Of a DNA stretch of 43,998 bases, positions 36,694 through 43,998 are shown in pieces. The notes beneath the pieces are model-generated. The model had not been told where the DNA came from, did not search any database, and saw only the letters and a list, made by a program, of their open reading frames with translations. The DNA is taken from NCBI GenBank assembly GCA_050186825.1, contig JBFWYD010000031.1, positions 1 through 43,998 on the forward strand, written 5' to 3'. The DNA is from Planctomycetota bacterium. Its GTDB lineage: Bacteria > Planctomycetota > J058. Each line of letters opens with the position of its first letter. Position 1 is the first letter of the stretch. The translations under genes were made by a program, and so were the position numbers.

Positions 36694-39600
36694 CTACGGC
36701 GCGCCGCGGCGGAGGCGCAGCCCGAGCAGGGCCGCGAACACCAGCAGCAGGCTGAGCGGGGCGCCGCCCTCGCCGCCACTCCCCAGGCTGTCCGTCTCGA
36801 GGCTGCAGAGGCCGGTGGTGTGGCTGCCGCCGCCCGAGGACGCGCTGGGCGCGGCCGTCGAGCCCGGGGCCGTGGTGCCGACGCTGCTCGTCACGGGCGA
36901 AGCGGTCGAGCCGGTCCCGGTGCCGCCGCCGGGGGCGGGGGCGCCGGGGACGCGGGTCACGCCGAAGGTCTTGGCGATCCGGTTCAGCTCGTTGCCCGCG
37001 TAGTCGCGCGGCGCGTCGCGGAAGTAGAGGACGAAGCGCACCTCGCCGCTGGCGGCCGGGTACTCGTCGCCGCCGAGCGGCAGCGCGTCCTGGTTGGTCA
37101 GGGTCAGCACCGAGGACTTGATCCCCGGCTGGTCGCCCCAGCCGCTGCCGGTGGTGGGCACGAGCGTGCTCACCGGGCTGCCGAGGAGCGAGTCGCCGCT
37201 GGCGTCGAGGGCCTGGACCTCGAGCGCGTAGGCGCGGGCGTCCATGCTCACGTCGAAGCGGAAGGTGACCGTCATGGCGCCCGCCGGGAGCACGCCGTTG
37301 ACCGCCGCGCCCGCGTCGACGGTCACGTCGTAGGGCACGCAGAAGATCGGGTTGGTCCAGCAGCGGAAGGCGTCGGGGCCGAGGTCCATCTGGTCCGGGT
37401 TGCCGCGCGTGTAGGCGCCGAGCGCCAGGGCCGTGTTCTTGGTGATCGGGCCCTCCTTCGCGGCGTCCAGGGCGTGCTCGTGCCAGGTCCCCGCGCCGTT
37501 GAGCGAGAGCTCGTTGACGCCGGTGATCTGGTCGTAGCTGGAGAGGCCCGCGAAGCCGCTCGGCCGGTTGCGCGCCGGGTTCCGGTTGCCCGCCTCGGTC
37601 TTGTAGAGCAGCAGCGAGGCGATCGGGCCGAACTCGGCGTTGCTCGTGTAGTAGTAGCGGAAGGTCGGGGCCAGCGAGCCGCGCTCGACCAGCGCCGTGA
37701 AGCCGCCGTCGAGCGGGCCGGCGCCCCCGATCCGCCCGTCCGGGTCCTCGACGCGCCGGGCCTGGTCGTGCCAGCGCAGGTTCGCGCCGTCGAAGCGCGG
37801 CTCGGCGTCGAGCTCGAAGGTGGCCAGCGGGCCGTCGGTGGTCACCGAGTTGCCGTCGGCGTAGGCCGCGAACCAGCGGTCGCCCGCGCTCGCGCCCGGC
37901 TTGCCGTCGCCGAAGCAGTAGGTGCGGACCTTGTACCAGGCCTCGTCGCCCACGTTGTAGGTCATCTGGAGGCTGAGCGGCGTGGCCGCGCGCCCGACCG
38001 AGAAGTTGAAGTCACCGTGCGCGTCGGAGCCGCCGGCCTGGTAGAGCTTGCGGATGAAGCGGACCTCGGGGTCGCTCACGAAGCTGTAGTCGAGCGTCTT
38101 GCTGAGCGCCTCGTGCCAGAGGGTCATGCCGTCCCACAGGCCCTTGTCCCAGTCGTCCGAGCCGCGCTGGAAGTCGGGGTCGGTCCACGGGTTCAGGTCG
38201 TTGAAGTCGATCTGGCTGGTCGGCAGCGAGCGCGTCCCGCGCCCGTTGAAGAACTCGAGGCCCTTGATCACGAACTCGTTGCTCTGGTCGTGGACCTCGT
38301 CGCGCGTGCGCAGGGCGGGGTCGAGGCCGAAGGCCCGCTCGTAGTTGGCGGGGTTCCAGCCCTGGCCGCTGTAGGGATGGGCGGCGTAGGCGAAGCTCTC
38401 GCCCTGGGTCGCCTGGCGGTTCTTGGCCACGTCGTTGAGCAGCGGGAACAGGTCGACGTTGATGTTCGGGTTGCCCGGCCCCTTCAGCCAGCCGCCGCCG
38501 TGCCACGGGCCCTCCACGTGGTCGGCGTTGTAGAGCAGCATGTGCGCGCCGAGCGGGATCCCGGGGAGCAGGTTGAGGATCTTGTTCAGGAAGGGGATCC
38601 GCGGGAGCGGCACGTCCTGCTTGAAGGCCACCTCCTCGTTGGCGGTCTTGCCGAAGATCGTCCGGAAGGCGTCGAGCTGGGTGGTCCCGGGCTGCGCCCC
38701 GACCGACTGCGGGCCGAAGGGCGGGCGGTGGTCCGCGCCGTCGGGGTCGGGGATCGTGCGGTTGTTGAAGGACGAGTGGTCCGTCGTGATGATCTTCATG
38801 TAGGCGTCGGCGGCCGTGGGGCCGGGGGTGATCCCCAGCGACCAGGCCGTCTCGAAGACCATCTGCAGCGGGCCGCCGTAGGCCTTGCGCGGCGCGAAGA
38901 TGTCCAGCGGCGAGCCGAAGTACCACTCCGCGATCGTGTGGTGATGCACGTCGTGGTAGTGGTTGTCGCCGGGCAGCTCGGGCAGGTCGTCGGCCGCGAA
39001 GTGGACCTTCATCACCCCGCGGTGGTGCCCGTTGCTCGTCTTGCTGAACACCCACAGCACCACCCGGTGCTGCTCCCACTCCATGTCCATCTCGACGTAC
39101 TTGTCGACGCCGGGCGCGGGCGTCGCCGCGACGCCGAAGGCAGCGCGCGGCATGTGGAAGATCTCGTGCCGGCCGTTCTGGTCGAGGTCCTGGCCGCCGA
39201 ACAGGTCGAGGCCGCTCCCGCGCAGGTTGCCCCGCTCGTCGGCGATCTCGAGCCCGGCGGGGGCGGTGGGCGCCGCGCCGTGGGTGTCGGTGTAGAGGTT
39301 CTGCCAGGGGCCCGTGGCCGCGTCACCGACTGCGATCGTCGTGCGCGCCACGCGCAGCTTGGTGGTGTTGGTCCGCCCGCCCTTGCTGGGGACGAACACC
39401 TGGAGCGGCACGTAGGGCCGGTTGGGCGCCACCCGCCAGGGCGCGTCGTGGATCACGTCCACGCCGTTGCTCTGCTGGTAGAGCCCGTGCAGCGTGGTCT
39501 GGGTGCCGACCAGGAAGTCCAGGAAGGCGGTGTTGTCGAAGACCACCTGCTCGCCCGCGAGCGGGGTCGCGTGCACGCGCAGCCGCTGGATCGCGACCGG

Positions 39601-41616
39601 CGGCGCGGCCGGGATCGTGTAGGTGAACTGGACGGTCGCGCGCTGGCCCACGGCCAGGACAGGGATCGTCTGCACGCCCAGGCCGCCGGCCGCGGCGGGG
39701 ATCACGGCGGCGGGAGCGGTCGCGACAGGTCCGGCCGCGCTCACGTCGGCCTGGACGGCCACGTTCAGCGCGTCGGCCGTGCCGCGGTTCTCGACCTCGA
39801 CCTCGACGCCGACCGTGCCCGAGGGCGCGGTGGGCGAGGTGATCCGGCGGGCCACGACCCGCAGGTCGGCCTGCGCGCCCGGCGCGATCGTGGTGTTGGT
39901 GCCGAGCTCGTTGTCCGCGGTCTCGGTCTCGCCGGGCGGGGTGCTGGCGATCGCGCGGATCACGTAGTTGCCCGCGGGCGGGGCCACGAAGGGGTAGGTC
40001 AGCTTGCGGCGCTCGCCGACCGTGAGGTCGATCACCTGGAAGCCGATCTCGATGCGCGAGCCCGAGCCGGCCAGGATCCGCTCGACGCGGATCACGCGGT
40101 TGGTCAGCGCGGTGTTGCCCTCGTTGCTGACCTCGATCACCACGCTCGCGTTGGCCCCGGGGATCGGCTTCTGCGGGTAGACGCTCAGGTCGGTGACCGC
40201 GATGTCCACGTAGGTCGCGTCGGCGCGGAGCACGGCCAGCTCGGCGTCGAGCTGCCCGAAGCGGTAGGTGGTCCCGGCGGCCTTGAGCTCGGGGATCGGC
40301 CGCTGGGCGTTCTTGAGGATGTTCCCGATCTGGTCGCCCGTCAGGGTGGTCTGGCGCGAGGCGACCAGGGCGGCCACGCCCGAGGTGAAGGCCGCGGCGG
40401 CGCTCGAGCCGGTCACGAAGCCGTAGACGTCGCCCGGGAGGGTGGTCACGACCTTCTCGCCCGGGGCGCCGACCTCGACGCCCTCGGCCAGCACGGCGTC
40501 GTAGCCGAGCTTGCCGTCGGGCTGGAGCGCGGTGGCCGAGATCACGCCGGGGTAGGCGGCCGGGAACACCTCGTGGTGCACGGGGTCGTTGCCGGCCGAG
40601 GCCACGACCACGACCCCCGCCGTCAAGGCGCGGTTGACCGCGGCCTCGAGCACGGCGCTGCCCACCGGGGCGCCGAGCGAGAGGTTGATCACCCGCGCGT
40701 TCTGCTGGATCGCGTAGTCGATGCCGGCCACCACGTCGGCCACGCTGGCCTGGCCCTGCGAGTCGGCGACCTTCACGGGCATCACGCGGGCGTTCATGGC
40801 CACGCCGGCGACGCCGAGGTTGTTCTGCCCCTCGGCGGCCACGATCCCGCACATTGCGGTGCCGTGCCCGTTGTCGTCGCTCATGGTCGCGGTGTTGTTG
40901 ACGAAGTCGAAGCCCGGGACGAGCCGGTTGGCGAGGTCGGGGTGCGCGGTGTCGGCGCCCGTGTCGAGCACGGCCACCACCACGCTCTGGATGCCCGTGG
41001 TGATATCCCAGGCCCGCTCCAGGCCCGCGTTCTTGTTGCCGGTGACCTGGAAGAAGGGGTCGTTGGGGACCAGCGCGCAGCGGGCGACCGCGTTCGGCTC
41101 GGCGAAGCGCACCGCGGGCTCCGCGCGCAGGGCGACCAGCAGGCCGGCGACGTCGCGCTCACGGCTCAGGACCGCGTGGTCGCGCCCGAGGCGGAGCACC
41201 TTGGCGTCGAGGCGCGCGGCGAGCGCGTCGATCTCGGCGCCGCTCCCGCTCCAGCCCACGAGCACCTGGCCCGCGATCGAGGGGATGCCCTCGACGTCCA
41301 CCACGCGATGCTCGCGACCCTTGACCTGGTCGATGGCGTGGCGGAAGCGCGAGAGCATGGCCTTGGTGTCGAGCCCGCAGGTGTGCCCGGGGGCGCCGTG
41401 GCCCTCCTCGCCGTGCTCCTGCTCGCCTGGGCAGCCCGCGCCGTGCTCGTCCGCGTGCGCGCCGGCCGCCGTGCTGGCGACCACGGGGGCGGGCGCCGTG
41501 TCGGGCAGCGCGCGGGAGAGCAGGCAGAAGCAGCCGATGGCCCCGAGCGCGTAGAGCGCGCCGCGCGAGCGCCGCGGCCGACGCCCCTCGCCGAGGGGCG
41601 AACCCTGAACCTGCAT
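36694..41616 (-). CDS. giant secreted subtilisin-like (S8) serine peptidase with CARDB-like repeats, a long C-terminal region and a MYXO-CTERM-type sorting tail
   Basis: ATG 41616-41614 with a GGAGAGAGG RBS. Signal peptide ALYALGAIGCFCLLSRAL. Catalytic triad blocks VLDTGAD (Asp), HGTAMCGIVAA (His) and GSSAAAAFTSGVAAL (Ser). The C-terminus ...TTGLCSLETDSLGSGGEGGAPLSLLLVFAALLGLRLRRGAP has a Cys-containing motif, hydrophobic helix and Arg cluster, matching a MYXO-CTERM tail. Confidence 0.85.
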   Translation of the reverse strand: MQVQGSPLGEGRRPRRSRGALYALGAIGCFCLLSRALPDTAPAPVVASTAAGAHADEHGAGCPGEQEHGEEGHGAPGHTCGLDTKAMLSRFRHAIDQVKGREHRVVDVEGIPSIAGQVLVGWSGSGAEIDALAARLDAKVLRLGRDHAVLSRERDVAGLLVALRAEPAVRFAEPNAVARCALVPNDPFFQVTGNKNAGLERAWDITTGIQSVVVAVLDTGADTAHPDLANRLVPGFDFVNNTATMSDDNGHGTAMCGIVAAEGQNNLGVAGVAMNARVMPVKVADSQGQASVADVVAGIDYAIQQNARVINLSLGAPVGSAVLEAAVNRALTAGVVVVASAGNDPVHHEVFPAAYPGVISATALQPDGKLGYDAVLAEGVEVGAPGEKVVTTLPGDVYGFVTGSSAAAAFTSGVAALVASRQTTLTGDQIGNILKNAQRPIPELKAAGTTYRFGQLDAELAVLRADATYVDIAVTDLSVYPQKPIPGANASVVIEVSNEGNTALTNRVIRVERILAGSGSRIEIGFQVIDLTVGERRKLTYPFVAPPAGNYVIRAIASTPPGETETADNELGTNTTIAPGAQADLRVVARRITSPTAPSGTVGVEVEVENRGTADALNVAVQADVSAAGPVATAPAAVIPAAAGGLGVQTIPVLAVGQRATVQFTYTIPAAPPVAIQRLRVHATPLAGEQVVFDNTAFLDFLVGTQTTLHGLYQQSNGVDVIHDAPWRVAPNRPYVPLQVFVPSKGGRTNTTKLRVARTTIAVGDAATGPWQNLYTDTHGAAPTAPAGLEIADERGNLRGSGLDLFGGQDLDQNGRHEIFHMPRAAFGVAATPAPGVDKYVEMDMEWEQHRVVLWVFSKTSNGHHRGVMKVHFAADDLPELPGDNHYHDVHHHTIAEWYFGSPLDIFAPRKAYGGPLQMVFETAWSLGITPGPTAADAYMKIITTDHSSFNNRTIPDPDGADHRPPFGPQSVGAQPGTTQLDAFRTIFGKTANEEVAFKQDVPLPRIPFLNKILNLLPGIPLGAHMLLYNADHVEGPWHGGGWLKGPGNPNINVDLFPLLNDVAKNRQATQGESFAYAAHPYSGQGWNPANYERAFGLDPALRTRDEVHDQSNEFVIKGLEFFNGRGTRSLPTSQIDFNDLNPWTDPDFQRGSDDWDKGLWDGMTLWHEALSKTLDYSFVSDPEVRFIRKLYQAGGSDAHGDFNFSVGRAATPLSLQMTYNVGDEAWYKVRTYCFGDGKPGASAGDRWFAAYADGNSVTTDGPLATFELDAEPRFDGANLRWHDQARRVEDPDGRIGGAGPLDGGFTALVERGSLAPTFRYYYTSNAEFGPIASLLLYKTEAGNRNPARNRPSGFAGLSSYDQITGVNELSLNGAGTWHEHALDAAKEGPITKNTALALGAYTRGNPDQMDLGPDAFRCWTNPIFCVPYDVTVDAGAAVNGVLPAGAMTVTFRFDVSMDARAYALEVQALDASGDSLLGSPVSTLVPTTGSGWGDQPGIKSSVLTLTNQDALPLGGDEYPAASGEVRFVLYFRDAPRDYAGNELNRIAKTFGVTRVPGAPAPGGGTGTGSTASPVTSSVGTTAPGSTAAPSASSGGGSHTTGLCSLETDSLGSGGEGGAPLSLLLVFAALLGLRLRRGAP

Positions 41617-41671
41617 GACGACCTCTCTCCTCGACCGGCGCGCAGAGCGCCCGCACCCACCACCCGCTTGC

Positions 41672-41690
41672 GAGCAAACGGTCGTCCGAT
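41672..41690 (-). promoter_or_regulatory. sigma-54-like promoter candidate (minus strand cGGacgaccgtTTGCt, GG-N10-GC spacing) ~55 nt upstream of the S8 peptidase ATG
   Basis: The -12 element TTGCT matches the consensus. The -24 element is only a partial match (cGGACG versus TGGCAC). The spacing is correct. Confidence 0.2.
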
Positions 41691-41872
41691 GCGGACGCTG
41701 ATTGGCGGATTCGCGTGGCCGGTGAAGACGCAGTAAATACAATCCCGCGAGAGGCTTGTAAACGGGAATCCCACCCCGGGTCCGCGGGGTCCCCGATCCT
41801 GGTCACCCGATTTCGGGAAATCCCGACGCCACCAGGACTCGCCGCGCTGCGTCACTCGTGGGGCCTGGACGG

Positions 41873-42135
41873 GCCAAGGCCGAAGAGAACGCCAAGGTGC
41901 GGTGGAGCGAGCTCCGGCGGCGACAAGGTCGGGTCGAGATTCCTCCGGCCTCAGGGTCCGGTTGCGAGGGCTCTCTGCAGAGAAAGGAACGCCAAGACGC
42001 GAAGCCGAGAGGATCGGGTCGTGTGCAGAGCACCGCAGAACGCCAAGGCCGAGGAGAACGCGAAGGTGCGGTCGGCGAGCTAGGAGCGAGCTCCGGCGAC
42101 AAGGTCGGGTCGAGACTCCTCCGGCCTCAGGGTCC
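41873..42135. repeat. two ~85-90-bp direct repeats (41873-41959 and 42042-42135; ~90% identical) separated by ~85 bp, located between the S8 peptidase 5' region and the SDR 3' end
   Basis: Copy 1 is ccaaggccgaagagaacgccaaggtgcggtggagcgagctccggcggcgacaaggtcgggtcgagattcctccggcctcagggtccg. Copy 2 is ccaaggccgaggagaacgcgaaggtgcggtcggcgagctaggagcgagctccggcgacaaggtcgggtcgagactcctccggcctcagggtccg. A third partial gaacgccaag box occurs between them. Confidence 0.8.
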
Positions 42136-42147
42136 GCGCAGCTCGGC

Positions 42148-42849
42148 TCAGAAGTCCTGGCCGAGGGCGTGGACGCTCAGCTCGTCCACGTTGACCCCGG
42201 GCGGCTGGCGCACGAGGTCCACGATCACGCCCGCGAGGTGGCCGGGGTCGAGCTCCCAGGGCTGCGTGTTGGCCGAGGGCGCGCGCCCGCCGAAGTGGGT
42301 GTTCACGATCCCCGGGTTGACCACGGTGGACTTCACGCCCGCGGTCCGCAGCTCGCGCGCGAGCGACTGCGAGAAGCCGGCCACCGCGTGCTTGGTGGCA
42401 GCGTAGACCGCCATGTTCGCGAGCGGCTTGCGGGCCAGGTCCGAGGCGATGTGGACGAGGTGCCCGCGGCCGCGCGCGACCATCGCGGGGACGACCTCAC
42501 GCGTGAGCAGCACCAGCCCGAGCAGGTTGACCTCGACCTGGAGCGCGAGCTCCTCGGGCGAGCTCTCGAGGAAGGGCTTGTAGCTGCCCGTCCCCGCGTT
42601 GTTGATCAGCGCGTCGACCGGGCCGAAGCGCGCCTCGAGGGCCGCAAGCGCGGGGCGGAGGGTGGCGCGATCGGCGAGGTCGAGGCGCGCGGTGGCCAGG
42701 CGCTCGTGGCCGAGCTCGTCCGCGAGCGCGCGCAGCTCCGGCTCGCTGCGCGCCACCGCGGACACGCGCGCGCCGGCGGCGTGGAAGGCGCGCGCCAGCG
42801 CGCAGCCGAGGCCGCGGCTGGCGCCGGTGATCAGGACGTGGTCGTGCAC
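42148..42849 (-). CDS. short-chain dehydrogenase/reductase (SDR)
   Basis: GTG start with an AGGAG RBS. Cofactor-binding motif TGASRGLG (TGxxxGxG), NNAG, and the catalytic YAATK (YxxxK); 233 aa. Confidence 0.85.
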   Translation of the reverse strand: MHDHVLITGASRGLGCALARAFHAAGARVSAVARSEPELRALADELGHERLATARLDLADRATLRPALAALEARFGPVDALINNAGTGSYKPFLESSPEELALQVEVNLLGLVLLTREVVPAMVARGRGHLVHIASDLARKPLANMAVYAATKHAVAGFSQSLARELRTAGVKSTVVNPGIVNTHFGGRAPSANTQPWELDPGHLAGVIVDLVRQPPGVNVDELSVHALGQDF

Positions 42850-43998
42850 GGCGGCGCTCCTGCGCTGGGGTCGGGGTCGAGGCCAGGCTCGAGGCCAGGC
42901 TCGAGCTCCGGGTCGGGGTCGAGGTGCTCCTCGGGGGCCGGACCATCCTCGGGGACGAGGTCCGGCGCGAGCGTGAGCCCGAGCGCGAGCAGGAGCAGGC
43001 CGCCGGTCGTCCCACCCCACAGGATCCACGCGTCGGCGAGCGCGCGCCCGAGCGGGCCGCGCCCGGCCAGGCCGACGGCCAGGAGCGCCAGGGCCAGCGG
43101 CGCGCGATGCCGCCCCGGGCGCAGCAGGAGCGCCCCCGCGACCGCGCCCGGGAGGATCAAGGTCACGAGGTGCGGCTTCCAGGCGATGGGCGAGACCAGC
43201 GGGATCGCGGCCGTGACCAGGGCCAGGGCGCGTACGCCGCGCGCGCGCTGCGCGAGCGCGAGCGCCAGCGCGAAGGCGCCGAGCGACAGCGCGCGGGCGA
43301 GCAGCAGCGCGCGCTCGGGCGGGAGGGCGAGCAGCAGCGGGCGCGGCGTCTGGCCGGCGTCGGCGCTCCCGGCCAGGAGGCGCGCGGCGAGGCCAGGGAG
43401 CGCCGCGTTGTTGCCGACGAAGGCGTGGTAGCGCGCGTTCCAGGGGGTGACCTCGAGCGCGAAGCGCGCCAGGTAGTCGAGGTTCCGCCCCCAGCCGAGG
43501 ACGAGGGCGGGCAGGAGCAGGAGCGCCGCGAGGGTGGCGCCCGCGGCGGCGACCACGCGCCTGCGCCCCCGGAGCAGGTAGTGGGCGACGACCAGCCCCG
43601 GGGTCAGCTTGAGCGCAACCGCCGCGGCGAGCAGCGCGCCGCCCAGGAGCTCGCCGCGCTGGAGCTCGCCGCGCTGGGCGCTTCCCGGCGCGGCCCCGAC
43701 GCCCGCGCGCTCGACCGCGGCGATCCCCTCGAGGGTCAGCCAGGCCACGAGCAGGTTGACCTGCCCATGGTTCAGGTCGCTCCACGCGTAGCGCAGCCAG
43801 AAGCCGAGCCCGAGCGCCACGGCGAGCGCGCTCGGCGGGCGCGGGAGCAGGTCCACGGCCAGCCAGGCCGCGCGGAAGGCGGCCAGGACCCCGAGCGCGC
43901 ACCACAGCCCGCGCAGGAGCGGGAAGGGGAGGGCGCACAGCGGGGCGAAGGCGAGCGCGAAGGGCGGCGGGTAGATGTAGGCCGTCGGCCGGGTCGGG
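42831..43998 (-). CDS. polytopic membrane protein, GT87/DUF2029-like (polyprenol-phosphate-sugar dependent glycosyltransferase family); the 5' end lies beyond the window
   Basis: Continuous hydrophobic helices with a conserved-looking loop WLRYAWSDLNHGQVNLLVAWL (the DL..GQVNL motif typical of DUF2029/GT87). The C-terminal tail PDLVPEDGPAPEEHLDPDPELEPGLEPGLDPDPSAG is encoded by a short tandem repeat (ggccaggctcgag x2). The stop overlaps the SDR start by ~18 nt. Confidence 0.5.
   Translation of the reverse strand, partial: PTRPTAYIYPPPFALAFAPLCALPFPLLRGLWCALGVLAAFRAAWLAVDLLPRPPSALAVALGLGFWLRYAWSDLNHGQVNLLVAWLTLEGIAAVERAGVGAAPGSAQRGELQRGELLGGALLAAAVALKLTPGLVVAHYLLRGRRRVVAAAGATLAALLLLPALVLGWGRNLDYLARFALEVTPWNARYHAFVGNNAALPGLAARLLAGSADAGQTPRPLLLALPPERALLLARALSLGAFALALALAQRARGVRALALVTAAIPLVSPIAWKPHLVTLILPGAVAGALLLRPGRHRAPLALALLAVGLAGRGPLGRALADAWILWGGTTGGLLLLALGLTLAPDLVPEDGPAPEEHLDPDPELEPGLEPGLDPDPSAGAPPCTTTS

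Noticed and set aside
36559-41736. 1725-aa plus-strand ORF antisense to the S8 peptidase
   Set aside because: Valine/Gly/Arg/Asp-rich mirror of a beta-rich protein gene, with no signal or motifs. The minus-strand gene has an RBS, signal peptide, catalytic triad and MYXO-CTERM tail.
41715-42406. Plus-strand ORFs 41715..42083 and 41858..42406, and minus ORF 41803..42102, across the direct-repeat region
   Set aside because: These are reading frames through the ~90-bp direct repeats. They have no RBS, and the repeated units are not in phase with a codon-preserving period. Treated as non-coding regulatory or repeat DNA.
42148-43938. Upstream 363 codons of the tracker's 596-aa ORF 42148..43938 and the 172-aa ORF 42497..43015
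   Set aside because: The SDR starts at GTG 42849 with an AGGAG RBS. The sequence upstream of that is an alternative frame of the membrane-protein gene.

Overview
This ~44 kb window is a high-GC (~73-75%) bacterial chromosomal segment, most likely from a Myxococcota genome. The evidence is a MYXO-CTERM-type C-terminal sorting tail on a giant S8 protease, three eukaryotic-like Ser/Thr kinases (one truncated), long TPR and coiled-coil proteins, a sigma-54-like promoter candidate, and many 1-8 nt start/stop overlaps. I support about 30 protein-coding genes. No rRNA, tRNA or CRISPR array is apparent. Because of the GC content, long stop-free ORFs exist in all six frames; I rejected the many giant antisense ORFs (listed in noticed_but_rejected). 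Main contents, left to right:
- An ankyrin-repeat/DUF1963 protein.
- A tandem pair of phosphatases: a Cys-based dual-specificity phosphatase with an apparent frameshift, translationally coupled to a PPP-family Ser/Thr metallophosphatase.
- A four-gene minus-strand operon encoding two coiled-coil/repeat proteins, a MamK-like actin-family ATPase and an unusually short serine recombinase, ending at an intrinsic terminator.
- A Gld-like ABC transporter operon (ATPase, fused GldF/GldG-like permease-auxiliary protein, DUF4340-like protein).
- A CBM48-esterase.
- A DUF3754-like protein coupled to a 1063-aa membrane Ser/Thr kinase.
- A histidine kinase with an OmpR-family response regulator.
- A 1126-aa TPR lipoprotein/secreted protein.
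- A lower-GC patch with a Cys-rich hypothetical gene.
- A GT39/PMT-like membrane glycosyltransferase with an in-frame 27-bp x7 minisatellite.
- A solo DUF58 protein.
- A C-terminal Ser/Thr kinase fragment (pseudogene).
- cutA and a secreted Xaa-Pro aminopeptidase.
- A second Ser/Thr kinase with a Cys-cluster and TM tail.
- A 1640-aa subtilase with a MYXO-CTERM tail.
- An SDR oxidoreductase and a partial GT87/DUF2029-like membrane protein.
The most unusual signals are (i) the MamK-like actin / coiled-coil / serine-recombinase operon, and (ii) a dispersed ~450-bp element carrying ~50-bp inverted repeats and (GACTCG)n / (GGGCAC)n microsatellites. This element sits in-frame at the 3' ends of two unrelated genes, adds Ser-Asp-rich tails, and leaves the native stop/start overlap with the downstream gene intact.
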